Part shown: one piece after another, positions 52,633 to 64,000 of the stretch | Numbering within the stretch: position 1 is the first letter of the stretch | Layout of the letters: every line of letters begins with the position of its first letter | NCBI RefSeq assembly: GCF_964355755.1 | Contig: NC_092674.1 | Location: 20,646,001-20,710,000 of the forward strand | Length of the DNA stretch: 64,000 nucleotides | From: Antedon mediterranea | Lineage: Eukaryota > Animalia > Echinodermata | Direction of reading: 5' to 3' | Program-made: the position numbers and the translations under genes | The notes under the pieces: model-generated | Database searches by the model: none | Told to the model about the DNA's origin: nothing | What the model saw: only the letters and a program-made list of their open reading frames with translations

Positions 52633-52877
52633 GAGTAGGCCTGGTCCTACAGTACTAGACTAGAAGTGGTCAACTCGTACCCAAAATAACTCGTACCTAT
52701 TCTCAACTTGGCTAACCCGTACCTCAACCAACTCGTATCCACACCAACTCGTACATGCCTCATTCTTAAGCCTACATTTTAACGGTATCTTTATGATTTA
52801 AGCCGTAGGCCGCTTCTACATGTTACAATATTATTAAGAAAATGTACACAGTAATCAGTTTTAATAATACTCTAGTA

Positions 52878-53770
52878 TTTCATTCATTCTTTTCATTCTT
52901 TCTTGGAGATCCAAGAAACATTTATTATATATGGCCTTTGGCCCAAATAATATACAATGTAATACAATATTAAATAAATATCAGTTGAGTGCGTTTAAAA
53001 ATTCTGTTCTACGTTTAAATGAAAAAAATAAATATTTTCCAAGTTTAACAATAAGATCAGTATTTGTGGCAGACATAAGATAAATATATTTTAATTTAGT
53101 TGGGTTGTTTGTATAAAAGGAAAACATATATTTAGTTCTAATATCTGAATAAAATGGACAAACTAAAGTGAAATGATATTCATCTTCAATTGATTGTAAA
53201 GCACATAATTTGCATAATCTTTCATTTCTATTTATACAATTCCATCTTCCTTTTTCAATTTCTAATTCTAAAATTCCTAGTCGTATCTTAGTCATAATTT
53301 GTCTATGTTTGTAATTTGTTACTTTCGTTAGATATTCTTCAATTCCAAACTTATATTTAACGTGCTTGTAATATTGGAGCTTAGAGTGTATCCTAGTATC
53401 TTCGTAGAATTTCTGTCGTTCAATATCTGTAAGCCTTTGTTTAAAATTTGAAATAAAAGTATATATATTATTAACCTGTTGTGAGTACCATATGTTACCA
53501 AATCCATTTATGCATAGTATTTGTTTTACGTCATTGGCCCAACATTGCTCATTTCTTTGAGCTTTTCTATATTGAAAATCATAACATTGTTTAATAAATT
53601 TGTCATTATCCATTTGGATTACTCTAAGCCAATAACGAATTATATTAATGATAATTTGAATTTGGATAGTGAATCTTCCACATTCTCCTCTCACTGCAAC
53701 ACTTGGTGCAGAATTACCTATTCCTAGAATGTATTTACAGAATCTTAGATGAACTTTCTCTATTTCAAAT
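52878..53770 (-). mobile_element. 5'-truncated non-LTR retrotransposon 3' end (post-RT region with Cys/His motif)
   Basis: ORF 52981..53694: RLG...LEIEKGRW...RLCKLC...EDEYHF...CP. Short 3'UTR and a (GAAT)n-like tail near 52880. Confidence 0.8.
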
Positions 53771-53854
53771 GACCTACCTGCTGATTAATAACGGAACGAT
53801 CCAAATGACCACCAACCAATCAAATGATGTTCTATGTTTTTTAGTTCCATTTTG

Positions 53855-54262
53855 GAACTAGAAAAGTCAGATATTGATATCTGAGTTTTCTAGATCTAGA
53901 AAAGTCAGATATCTGAGTTTTCTAGATCTGAGTTTTCTCTAGACACCCAAATGCTAAGCCTACATTTTAAAAGGTGAATACTGTATTTCTTTATGATTTA
54001 AGTCGTAGGCTGCTACTACAAGTTACAATAATTATTATTATTAGTAAGAAAACGTATAATACTGTGTAGTATTTCAAATATCCTACCCTCGAATAATAAT
54101 GGAACGATCCATTTGATGATCTGGGTTTTCTAGTTCCATTTTGGAACTAGAAAACTCAGATATTGATATCTGAGTTTTCTAGATCTAGAAAAGTCAGATA
54201 TCTGAGTTTTCTAGATCTAGAAAACTCAGATATCTGAGTTTTCTAGATCTGAGTTTTCTAGA
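53855..54262. repeat. Duplicated clusters of a palindromic motif TCTAGAAAACTCAGATATCTGAGTTTTCTAGA
   Basis: Clusters at ~53855-53945 and ~54118-54262, each made of nested inverted copies. Confidence 0.85.
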
Positions 54263-54485
54263 CACCCTTTCGGTACCTCTTCGGTGGAAAATGACGTCAA
54301 AACATAATCTGAAAACATAAGAGAAGTAATCGCAACTGCCGGATACATTACACACAGTGACAGCCACTGGAAGACGAATCCAGGAAAGTTACCAGATTTT
54401 CCGGAGATATACATATTCACCGCCAAATTGGTAACACATGTTAGTAAAAAGAGCCGTCATTCCACAAGCTATCCGTACAAAAACA
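54262..54485 (-). pseudogene. Decayed SLC7 first-exon fragment (copy F), closest to exon 47091-47523
   Basis: GNFPGFVFQWLSLCVMYPA is retained. Frameshifts and deletions elsewhere; no TM1 motif or splice donor. Confidence 0.85.
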
Positions 54486-56399
54486 ATAATCAGTTATATT
54501 CATAGAATGAGACCACTAAAACAAATATTACTCCCTATTTATACCCGTGTAACTTGTGCCATCAAATATTAATATTAATTAAAAATATTATTACACCTAT
54601 CACAATGTCAAATCCAATTCCTATTTCATAATTTAGTGTACATTTTATGATTGCCTTTCGGTTAAAATGTTGAAACAATCCATTGGGATGGTTATTTATA
54701 TAGCTTTTCTAACGTTCATGTCTTTTAAAAAATAATTCTTTAGATATTTTTAACTGTAATTTTTCTCAATTTAAATGTATTATTAATGAAATTATTTAAA
54801 TTTTCTTTTTCATTTGTATATATTTATATTGGCTCATATTTTATAGTTTAGTTTTTATTTTTAACCTGTTATTGGTGTTTTACACTGTTGGTTTGATATA
54901 AAGAATAAAGAGTTATATTCTGAAACCTTCTGATTTATCTGATCTACTATCGTTAACGCCAATATAGACTATCGTATAACAGATATGAAGTTAGGATTCG
55001 ACGAATTCTTGCAAAGGCATCGAATTCTAGACTATGTACTCTAAAGTGGTCTAAAGTGATGCTTTTACGAATGTGAAGTTCAAGTAATACAATCATCGAA
55101 CATTCAAAATTGATTTGATTGAAGTAGAAACAAAGTTTTTTTCCGTGAATTTAAATTTTGGTTACCGTTAACCTTCATTTTGACAATTGTGACATTAAAA
55201 TTCATAAAACCAGATGATGTTTGTACTCACTATAGTGTTATGTTTCCCGAAAAAGTGTCTGTTATAATGCTCTTTAATTCCGACATTGCTTAATTTATAT
55301 TGAAAGTATACGAATGGCCATTTCTTTACACTTTCAGTCGCATGCTCTTGATATAGACTACATAACATCTGTTCACATTTTAATACTATCCAACTACCAA
55401 ACAACAAAGCAATATATGAGTCTACAAATATGACAACTATCATTATCAAAACTTTGAACAGATATACAATTAATGTCAATAGAAATGTGTTAAATTATCG
55501 TTGTTCCTAAAACAGCATTTTTGCATCACGTTATGAACGTATTATGGATGACTTGTTATAAACTCTGGAAACAGTGTTAGAATGCTTCAACATTGTATTC
55601 ATGTATTAACCTAAAGATGTGTGGATGAGATTTTTGTTATACAAAGTTTACAAACAATAATTGTTTAAAGTTATATATCCAAGCAAGCACGCAGCTATAA
55701 TAAAATATGTTAAAAATAAAAATTATTTTATAAAAAGTAAGCTTAAGCTTGTAAGCGATGCAGAGCAAGTTAAAAACCATAACCTATGCCAATACGTTTA
55801 TTTACAGGAATGTGCTTTTTGTTTAGAAAGGTGTAATTGAAAAAAAATATTTACATTAATGTATGTAGAAAGTAAAAAACAATATAAACAAGAGTTGAAG
55901 ACTTGAACTAACACTAACCCATGATTAACATTAATAGACATAATAATTATTATACGTTTATTTAAACATGTTTTTGTTTGATCTCACAAACTATGGTTCT
56001 GCATTACGTAGCATACAAATAATCCATACATAATACGCTAATGATACGTACATGGTGTGATTACGTTTTGAATGATGTAGTTTAACAAATGTGATTTCTA
56101 CATTATATTTAGAAAGTAAAAAAAACATTAGGTATTATGCGTTTATGTCGACGGTTTGCTTGTAAAACATATAGTAAGTTAAACAAAAAAACATTTAGTA
56201 AGTTAATAAGCAACACATATAAATCCAACAACCTTCTAATTAATTATGTTTATATACATAAATGTGTTATCGTTTAAGAAACTCTCTAGGGAAAAAATAG
56301 ACCTGTGCTAATTATGTAAGTGTGTTACAAAGCAATAATGATTCAATAATAGACATATGCTAATCATATGTTTATGCACAGGAATGACTTTTTTTTCGT

Positions 56400-59300
56400 T
56401 TAGAAAGGTGTAGTTGAATACACATTTTCGCTGGCTGTAGTTTCAACTTTCTCTGGATAAATGTATTTTCTTCCCAAGTATTTCATCTGCTCATACTGTT
56501 TATCACCTTGCTTCTTGTCCACTTTGAACAACAAAAATAAATCGGAAATAAATATAAATTAAAGTAAAAATCGGTACAGTAAGGTCAAATGAATACATTC
56601 TTATACATTATTCATCCCACTCAGCCATATTGTAATATATTGATATACCTTTATATTTAAGAAATTGACCTTTGTATCGGAATTCAAATAGGTTCACAAA
56701 CTTGACCCAGAAAGTCCAAAGGAGAGTTTGTCCAGATGTTTTAATGACCATTTAGTTTATAATAGAATCCCTAAAGAAAACACTTAGCTTAATTTTGTGA
56801 CTTTCCCATCGAGTGATCGACACTATTTAAGTACAGATTTGACAGTGTCATCCATCACAGAAATACCTTATTATACCGTTAATCACTCCCACTTAAACAC
56901 CCCTGGACCAACTTAGGACCAATCGTTACCCTCACAGATTACGTAGTGACATATGCAAATGAACTGAGCCAATATACTCCCAAGTTTCAGAAGGGCCCAG
57001 ACACACCTTACAGCCACCTCACGGAGCACACACCTCACAGCAGACCTACACACTTCACACCTCACTGACAGCATCATTGAATGTCCGTTCCTTATGTATA
57101 CTTATAGTTGTATATTGTACTGAAGTATTATACTGAATAAATAATATATGTGTTACGACAGTCAAGCGAGTAAGAGTCTTCATTAGTACCTCAACAACGC
57201 AACATTATATTACAATATTGCTAAAATCTCCCTTTTTTAAATAGGCTAATCGCTATTAGTTCATTTAGCAAATTTGTACTAATCTCGTATTTTTGCAGAC
57301 GAAAAAACGCGGTAGCCTTCTCACACAAGTTTTCGATTCGCATGAATGCTTATGAATTATGATTAGGCCTATCATTCGTTGCGCTATTGTTCGTAATTCG
57401 CAATTCGCAATTAAAAAGTAAAACGGAAAGCGGAAAAACCTCAATGAACTAGAATTGTTCGTAGTAAGGGATTTGGAAGATGAAAATATGAATTGGCTGA
57501 CGCTTTCGATTTTCGAACACAAATTCACCTAGTGGAAAACAGGCTTAATGAGGCAAAGCTTAAGGGCGAACAGAGACGAGATGGTGAAGTGAGACGACCA
57601 GATTAAATCTATAGAATAGCAAATCATTCGGTTTCATTTGATTTCTATTCCGGCGAGCTCTCATTTTGGAGCTTTAAAATATTGGAGAAAGGAGCGTTGA
57701 AAATGTTTTGTCTACGTCATCATTATCTTGATATTTTCCTTAGGATCGGAAATTACGTCCTTGTAACGTTTGTAAAGGGCTTATACAATCAATATCCTTT
57801 TTTTTTTCAATATGTTGATATAAAGTTTTGCAGTACGTGAGTACGAAGTATATTAACGGAAACTTCAAGAAACTCAATAGCTCTGTTCAGAAATAAATGC
57901 TTGGTGTACTGGAAACTTTATAGATCAACAACCATTCTTTTTACAATATCCCTTTTTTTTAAATGCTTACCTTTTTGTAATTTTCTTCTTATTATCATGA
58001 TAAAGACGACATAAATCAGTAAGCAAACCATACAGAAAACGATTACCGTTAAACAACCTAAGATCATGTAGGCAACATTACTGTCATCCTTAAAATAAAA
58101 TTTAATGTAATAAGGTTAATACTATTTTTAATTTTTTTTTTTATTTACCAAAAAGGCAGGAAAATGAACATATACTATGTGTAACAGCGAATATTCTATT
58201 TTACTCTAAAACACATAGACCTAACTGTCATTTGTAATCACTGATGTGAATGGATTAGCAAACTTAAGCCTAAATAACCATTACTATTTTGTATGTGTAA
58301 TTTACGTTTATAATTTTAGGATTAAATTATACCATATAATGCCTGGATATCCTATTTGTCCCAACTAATTGGTTAAACAATAATTATTTTTATCTACGTG
58401 TTTCAATATAAATATTATTCTATAATAATGTAGTCTTTCTAAACAATGAAGTTGATTTTATATTTACCTCTGTAACCATAGGTTTCTCTTCAGATGGTGG
58501 CGTACTTGAAGAAAAAGCTATAAAGCACAATACAAAAAAGTAACGTTATTGACTGATTTCTGATAATTAGGTGATCATTTAGAATAAAATGATCACCTAT
58601 TGTTATTGTATGAAATCTTTATTTTTATTTTTTTTCTTTCTGTACACTTTTTGTGTAACAAATATCTCAAAAAGTTGAATAACAATGATCACAACAATTT
58701 TACAATGTCTTTCAAATACTTTAACTTAGCCATAATAAGCTTTTCAGCGTGATCACTCATCCGTGACGTCACGTATACGCCATTTTGTGAAATCACATTA
58801 TCAATCATATGTCCATAATTCATTATCACATATTTATGAAATTCACTACACGTAAACTTCAGGTCAAGGTAAAAAATATTAGCAAATAAAAACTGGCGCG
58901 TCTCAAGGTCATGCACGTGAATTCACGCGTAAAGATTTTAAAAAGGTCAAAATTAAGTTTTGATCAATTTAGAGCATGAATTAGGCCATTTGCGTGTTTC
59001 AAAAAATTACTGCGCAAAAACACGTTTTTGCGCACGCAATTCGTAAAAAGCGTAAAAAATAAAATTTGATGTAAACATCACATTCTACTCACAATCCTTA
59101 GTACATTCTCCGATTTTGAGTCCATTCCGACTTAAAATAACGCTGTACGAGCACGTTCAACATGACAAAATGCGCACATTAATTGCACAAAAGTGCAAAA
59201 AATTGTAAAAATTAAGGCCTTTTTAAAATGAATATAACTCTTCAGAATGACAGGTGACCCCCAATTTTTTTAACTTAATATGGAAGCCAATAAGTTGTAG

Positions 59301-62300
59301 ATATAAATGTATATAAACATTAGACGTAGAAAATGGTATTACGTCATCAAATGGCCACTTGAATTAAAAAATTAGGATTTTTTTCCGTTTAGTGTAGGTT
59401 ATAACATTCAATAGAGCGCATCTCTGCTATTTGAGCCCGATTTTCGCACAAATTTCAGTGTGTGCTTGCTTAATTATATATCTTTCTCATAAGTTGTCAG
59501 TGTTTTCATTTTGATGACGTCATCATGCGTAAAAACTTGAATAACGTAGGTCGTGTAATTTCACCTTTGCCGTAAATTTGAATATCTTACAGCTCTTCGG
59601 AATTGAAGGTTACCTTGACGATTATAATTTATTATGAAAGCTGATGAAATGTAGATATGAATTCATATAAAAACCAAGCCTATCGGATGTTGTGACGTTA
59701 ACATATGGCCAGATGAAGTTAAAAAGTAGTTTTTTCATCTTTTTCGTCAAAGTTATACAAATTTCAAAGAGCGCGCACAGCGCTTCTACGTGCCAGATTC
59801 TCTTCCAATTCTTATATTTATTTGCTCAATTCATTATCTTTCGAAATTGTCATCTTTGAGTTTATTTTGATAATTCCATCATACCAAAAAATTAGAACAT
59901 GTTGTGTGTCCCGTAATTTAACCTATGCTACACTGTATATAGATATACTGTATATACTGTACATATTGTATATGGCATATAATAGGCACAACTCAGCGAT
60001 ATAAGATTATGCATCATGTCATAGGATGGCGTACATCAACTTTTTACAATCGTATGTTAACGTACATGCATGTTTAAAAAATGTTAATTTCATTAAAATG
60101 ATAACAATGATCACCTATAATTCGTCAAAGTGACGAATTAAATTCTAGTGAGAAATTGTTTTTGTAAAAAAAAAATGTTTCTTCGCAATTTCTTTCTGTA
60201 CAGATTTTGTGTAACAAATATCTCAAAAAGTTTAATGTCAATGATTACGAAAATTTCAGAATGTTTTTCAAATACTTTAACTTAGTCCTAATAAGCTTTT
60301 TAGCGTGATCACTCATCCGTGACGTCATTTATACGCCATTTTGTGAAATCACATTATCAATCATATCTTCATAATTAATTATCTCATATTAATGAAATTC
60401 ACTACACGTAAACTTCAGGTCAAGGGTAAAAATATTAGCAAATAAAAACCCACGCGCACGTAGGGTCATGCGCAAGAAATCGCGCGTTAAAAATTTAAAA
60501 AGCTCAAAATTATGTTTTGATCAATTTAGAGCATGAATTAGGCCATTTGCGTGTTAAAAAAAATTACTGCGCAAAAACACGTTTTTGCGCGGGCGTACCT
60601 AGAAAGCGTAAAAAATAACAATTTTTTGTACAAATTGCATTCTACTCATCTTCCATAGTTCAATCACCAAATTTGAGTCCATTTCGACTTAAAATAGTGC
60701 TATACGAGCACGTTAAAAATGACAAAATGAGCACATTAATTGTACAAACGTGTTAAAAATGGTAAAAAATAAGGCCTTTTTAAAATGAATATAACTCTTC
60801 AGAATGGAAGGTGACCCCCATTTTTTTAAACTTACTATGGTAGCCAATGAGTTGTAGAAATAATTGTATATACACATTAGACGTACAAAATGGTATGACG
60901 TCATCATTTGGCCACATACATTTTTAAAATAGGGTTTTTTCCTCATTTGTCATAGACCACCATATTCAACAGAGCTCAACTCGCTTATCTGTGATTGATT
61001 TTCTTTTAATTTGTAACATATTCTACCTTAACCAAGTATGTTACTCATGAGTTGCCAATATTTTCATTTTGATGACGTCATCACGTCTTAAAATTTGAAT
61101 AACGGTGGTTACGTAATTTCACCTACAATGTATATTTGAATACCTTACAGCTCTTCTGAATTAAAGTTGACCTTGATGTTTATAATTTATTATGAAAGTT
61201 GGTGAAATGTAGATATGAATTCATATACAAATTAATCCCATCTGATGTTGTAACGTTATCATATGGCCAGTTGAAGTTAAAAAGTAGTTTTTTCATTTTT
61301 TTCGTCAAAGTTATACAAATTTTAAAAAGCGCGCACCGCGCTTCTACGGGTCAAATTTTCTTCCAATTGTTATATTTTATTGCTCAATTCATTATCTTTC
61401 GATATTGTTATCCACAATTTTATTTTGACAACGTCATCATACCAAGAAATTAGAATATGATGTGGGTCCCGTAATTTCACCTATGCTACACTCTTACAGT
61501 ATTGTACATAATGTATATGGCATATAATAGGCACAACTCAGCACTATAAGTGTATATGCATCATGTCATAGGATGGCGTACATCAGCTTTTTACGATCGT
61601 ATGTTAACGTACGTGCATGTTTAAAAAATGTTAATTTCATTAAAATGATAAAAATGATCACCTATAATTCGTCAAAGTGACGAATTAAATTCTAGTTGAT
61701 TTTGTTTATGTAAATATATTAAAAAATCATAGTATATTACAGATTAACATGTTACTATAGAGGTGTTTGTTACATACACGGGGAATCACTGTGGATGCTT
61801 GATCCAATGTCTTCAGTAGTAGAGTCGTGTAATTTCAAACATTCTGTTTTTCCTTCTTCAGGCTGATAAAACCCTCGTGGACATTTCTGACACATTGCAG
61901 GCAAGTTATCATTTCCACGGTATGACCCAGGAGGACAGTTCACTAAAGACAAATATATGAATGATATAATATAGACTTTTTTCATCATAACAATCGTAAA
62001 ATACGAAATTGGACGGTAAACTCCTTGACAGTTTTGTTGTTGACAGAGTTGTAATTAAATAGACCGACCTCAAGAGAGTCAATTCTGTCTAATTACAAGG
62101 TCACTTAGAAGCATCATCAATATTGTGTGTAATGTAATTTTTATTAAAGTAACTGTAGGTGGTCAAAGAAAATAAAATAAGATAAAATAACTGGTGACCA
62201 TATAATTTAAATATTATTTTCCAATTAGAATTTTTGAATATTTCAACTCACCACATATGTATCCATCATCGTGTGCATATTGAGTCTTTGGACATATTGG

Positions 62301-64000
62301 ACCATGTAAATCAGCATTAAATTCTATCAATTCAACAGCTTCACCTCTGAGATCAAATATGTCACCTGGTGTCAGCACGTTTTGAAGTTGAACAACTTTA
62401 GCGATGATACTGTCAATCTTGTCTTTCACTTTATACGCTGATTCTTGTCGACTTACATTTACCATATTAATGGATGTCATATTAGTACTTTTTATTTCAA
62501 ATGTTATCTGCCTTAGAAATGATTTGCCATTTGGAGTGAACTCCTGATAGTTGAGGCGCTCTATGTCTGGGTCATCACTACTAATGACTTTCTCAACAAC
62601 ATCGTTCAAAGATGCATTTGTTGAATTAGAGGAATCTACTCGGTAAAGTCCTATGGATATTTTGCTGGAGAACTCCGGCATGGATATGTCAAGAACGTGA
62701 AGTCTTGCGGGATTAGATAGCTTTTTTCCGTGGTTGTTTGATGCTTCACATACATACCATCCATCTTGGTTAAATGTTGGGCTTAATATCTCAATATTCG
62801 AGCCATTCTGACCTGGGATTAGTTCCATATCTGACGAAGAAGCCTGAAAGTACCATTGGTAGTCTGCCAGTGGCCGAGCGGACGCCTGACAAGTGAAATA
62901 TGCACCTTCAATATTACCATGTTCGATTACAGTGTCCTGCGGATGCTCGGTGATCAGTGGTGCAAATTCAACTGTGACATGAGATTGCAACGACGAAACT
63001 TTCGTAACTACATTGCTAGCCTGACATGTGTAAAGTCCAGAATTAGATGAATTTACTTGGTTTAAATGCAATGAGTTTGAATTCATTCCACTCAGTATTT
63101 GGCCATTAAACTTCCAACTAAATGTTGGCAATGGGTTTCCAGTGGCTTGGCATGTCAGAGTAATATTCTCTCCTTCAATGGTGGTTAATTTTGGCTCAGG
63201 GTGCTGAGTAATGATAGGAGCTTCTAAACATACATCATTATAGTCTTTAAGAAAAATAACCCGAGATAGTACAATCGTCCCACTTGTTTCTAATTCTTCG
63301 GAACTTGACAAATTACCATTCAGGAACGTTGATACATATTCATCGAGAGCGATGACATTCTGGTAACTCTCTGTACCTTCTGACAAATATTTTAAAGCAA
63401 TCAATTCCGCTGTTAAGCAATCATAAAACCCTTCGCAGTCAGTGATACCACTTGCATTACGAGTATATTGGTCCACAACAGTTTTCCATTTAGTCATCAA
63501 GTCAACCTCAAGTAATGCTTTGGTGTTGTTTGTTTTTCTCTTTGAAGAATCAATAACTTTCGATAACGCATTTTTCTCAACTCCATCACCTGTATTGGAC
63601 TCTTCTAAATCACTCATAGTTAAGTTAAAATATAACAATGCACTCGTATTTACATCACTCGGTGATACTGCTAGTGATAGATTGTACATGTAATCATTCT
63701 GAAACTTTGTTTCCAGCGCTTGTGCATTAGCAACTTTACTGTCATTTAGAATTTCTAGAAGTGTTTGGAACGAATGTTCAATAAAACCCAGTATGCTGTT
63801 ATAGTCTGTGCACCTCTCTTCGTTTTGAATAACGTGTTGATCTCGAGAAAGGCTGCTTGTAATATTGTGATTCAGTGAGTTGTTCATCAGATTATAACTT
63901 ATCCTTTGCATCGGGGGCTGTTCAATAATTGCATTAGTGTCACGTCTATTACGATGTCCAAAACGTCTTTGGGTCACTCCTCTTCTTCTTCTTACTGATC
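56400..64000 (-). CDS. 3' part of a type I transmembrane Ig-domain receptor-like protein (2 Ig domains, ephrin-receptor-like/GCC2-GCC3 Cys repeat, TM helix, Tyr-motif tail)
   Basis: Exons >64000-62252, 61942-61778, 58517-58468, 58088-57971 (TM: VAYMILGCLTVIVFCMVCLLIYVVFIMII-RRK) and 56521-56400 (TAA). Phases 1,1,0,1 are consistent. Ig motifs LTCQATGNP.P...W, SGLYTCQASN, DGWYVCEASN; also CPPGSY...CQKCPRGFYQPEEGKTEC. Confidence 0.82.
56631..57214 (+). mobile_element. Solo LTR (584 bp) in the last intron of the receptor gene
   Basis: Ends TGTAATATA...TATATTACA, 4-bp TSD ATAT on both sides, AATAAA near 57137. Confidence 0.75.
58564..60149 (+). mobile_element. Non-autonomous Helentron/Helitron-like element, copy 1
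   Basis: 5' stem-loop TAGGTGATCATTT..AAATGATCACCTA. 3' subterminal AATGATCACCTA plus hairpin AATTCGTCA-AAG-TGACGAATT and CTAG (60145-48). Confidence 0.8.
60150..61696 (+). mobile_element. Non-autonomous Helentron/Helitron-like element, copy 2 (head-to-tail with copy 1)
   Basis: Collinear with 58630-60149 and has the same 3' hairpin plus CTAG (61692-95). 5' stem-loop absent. Confidence 0.8.

Noticed and set aside
55780-55840. Second copy of the receptor stop-codon region
   Set aside because: Short 3'UTR duplication without an acceptor or coding frame; not an alternative last exon.

Overview
AT-rich, intron-containing animal DNA (invertebrate, probably deuterostome; the taxon is an inference). 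Most of the window is a minus-strand tandem array of SLC7/LAT-family (heteromeric amino acid transporter light chain) genes. It holds three complete 10-exon copies reconstructed by hand (3411-8694, 15648-24238, 36397-44638), the first coding exon of a fourth copy that runs off the left edge, one extra intact orphan first exon (47091-47523) and one decayed first exon (~54262-54485). All complete copies share unusual TM6/TM8 substrate-pocket changes. The right end holds the 3' part of a type I membrane receptor gene (2 Ig domains, Cys-rich repeat, TM helix, tyrosine-motif tail). Repeats include a full-length decayed Mag-like Ty3/Gypsy LTR retrotransposon with a nested hAT-type element, a solo LTR, LINE fragments, SINEs, MITEs and tandem Helentron-like elements. 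The most unusual items are a (TA)n-associated repeat family carrying two complete tRNA-like Pol III units, a ~1.5 kb palindrome built from it, and an adjacent minimal hammerhead ribozyme. All coordinates were read by eye and family assignments were not database-checked.
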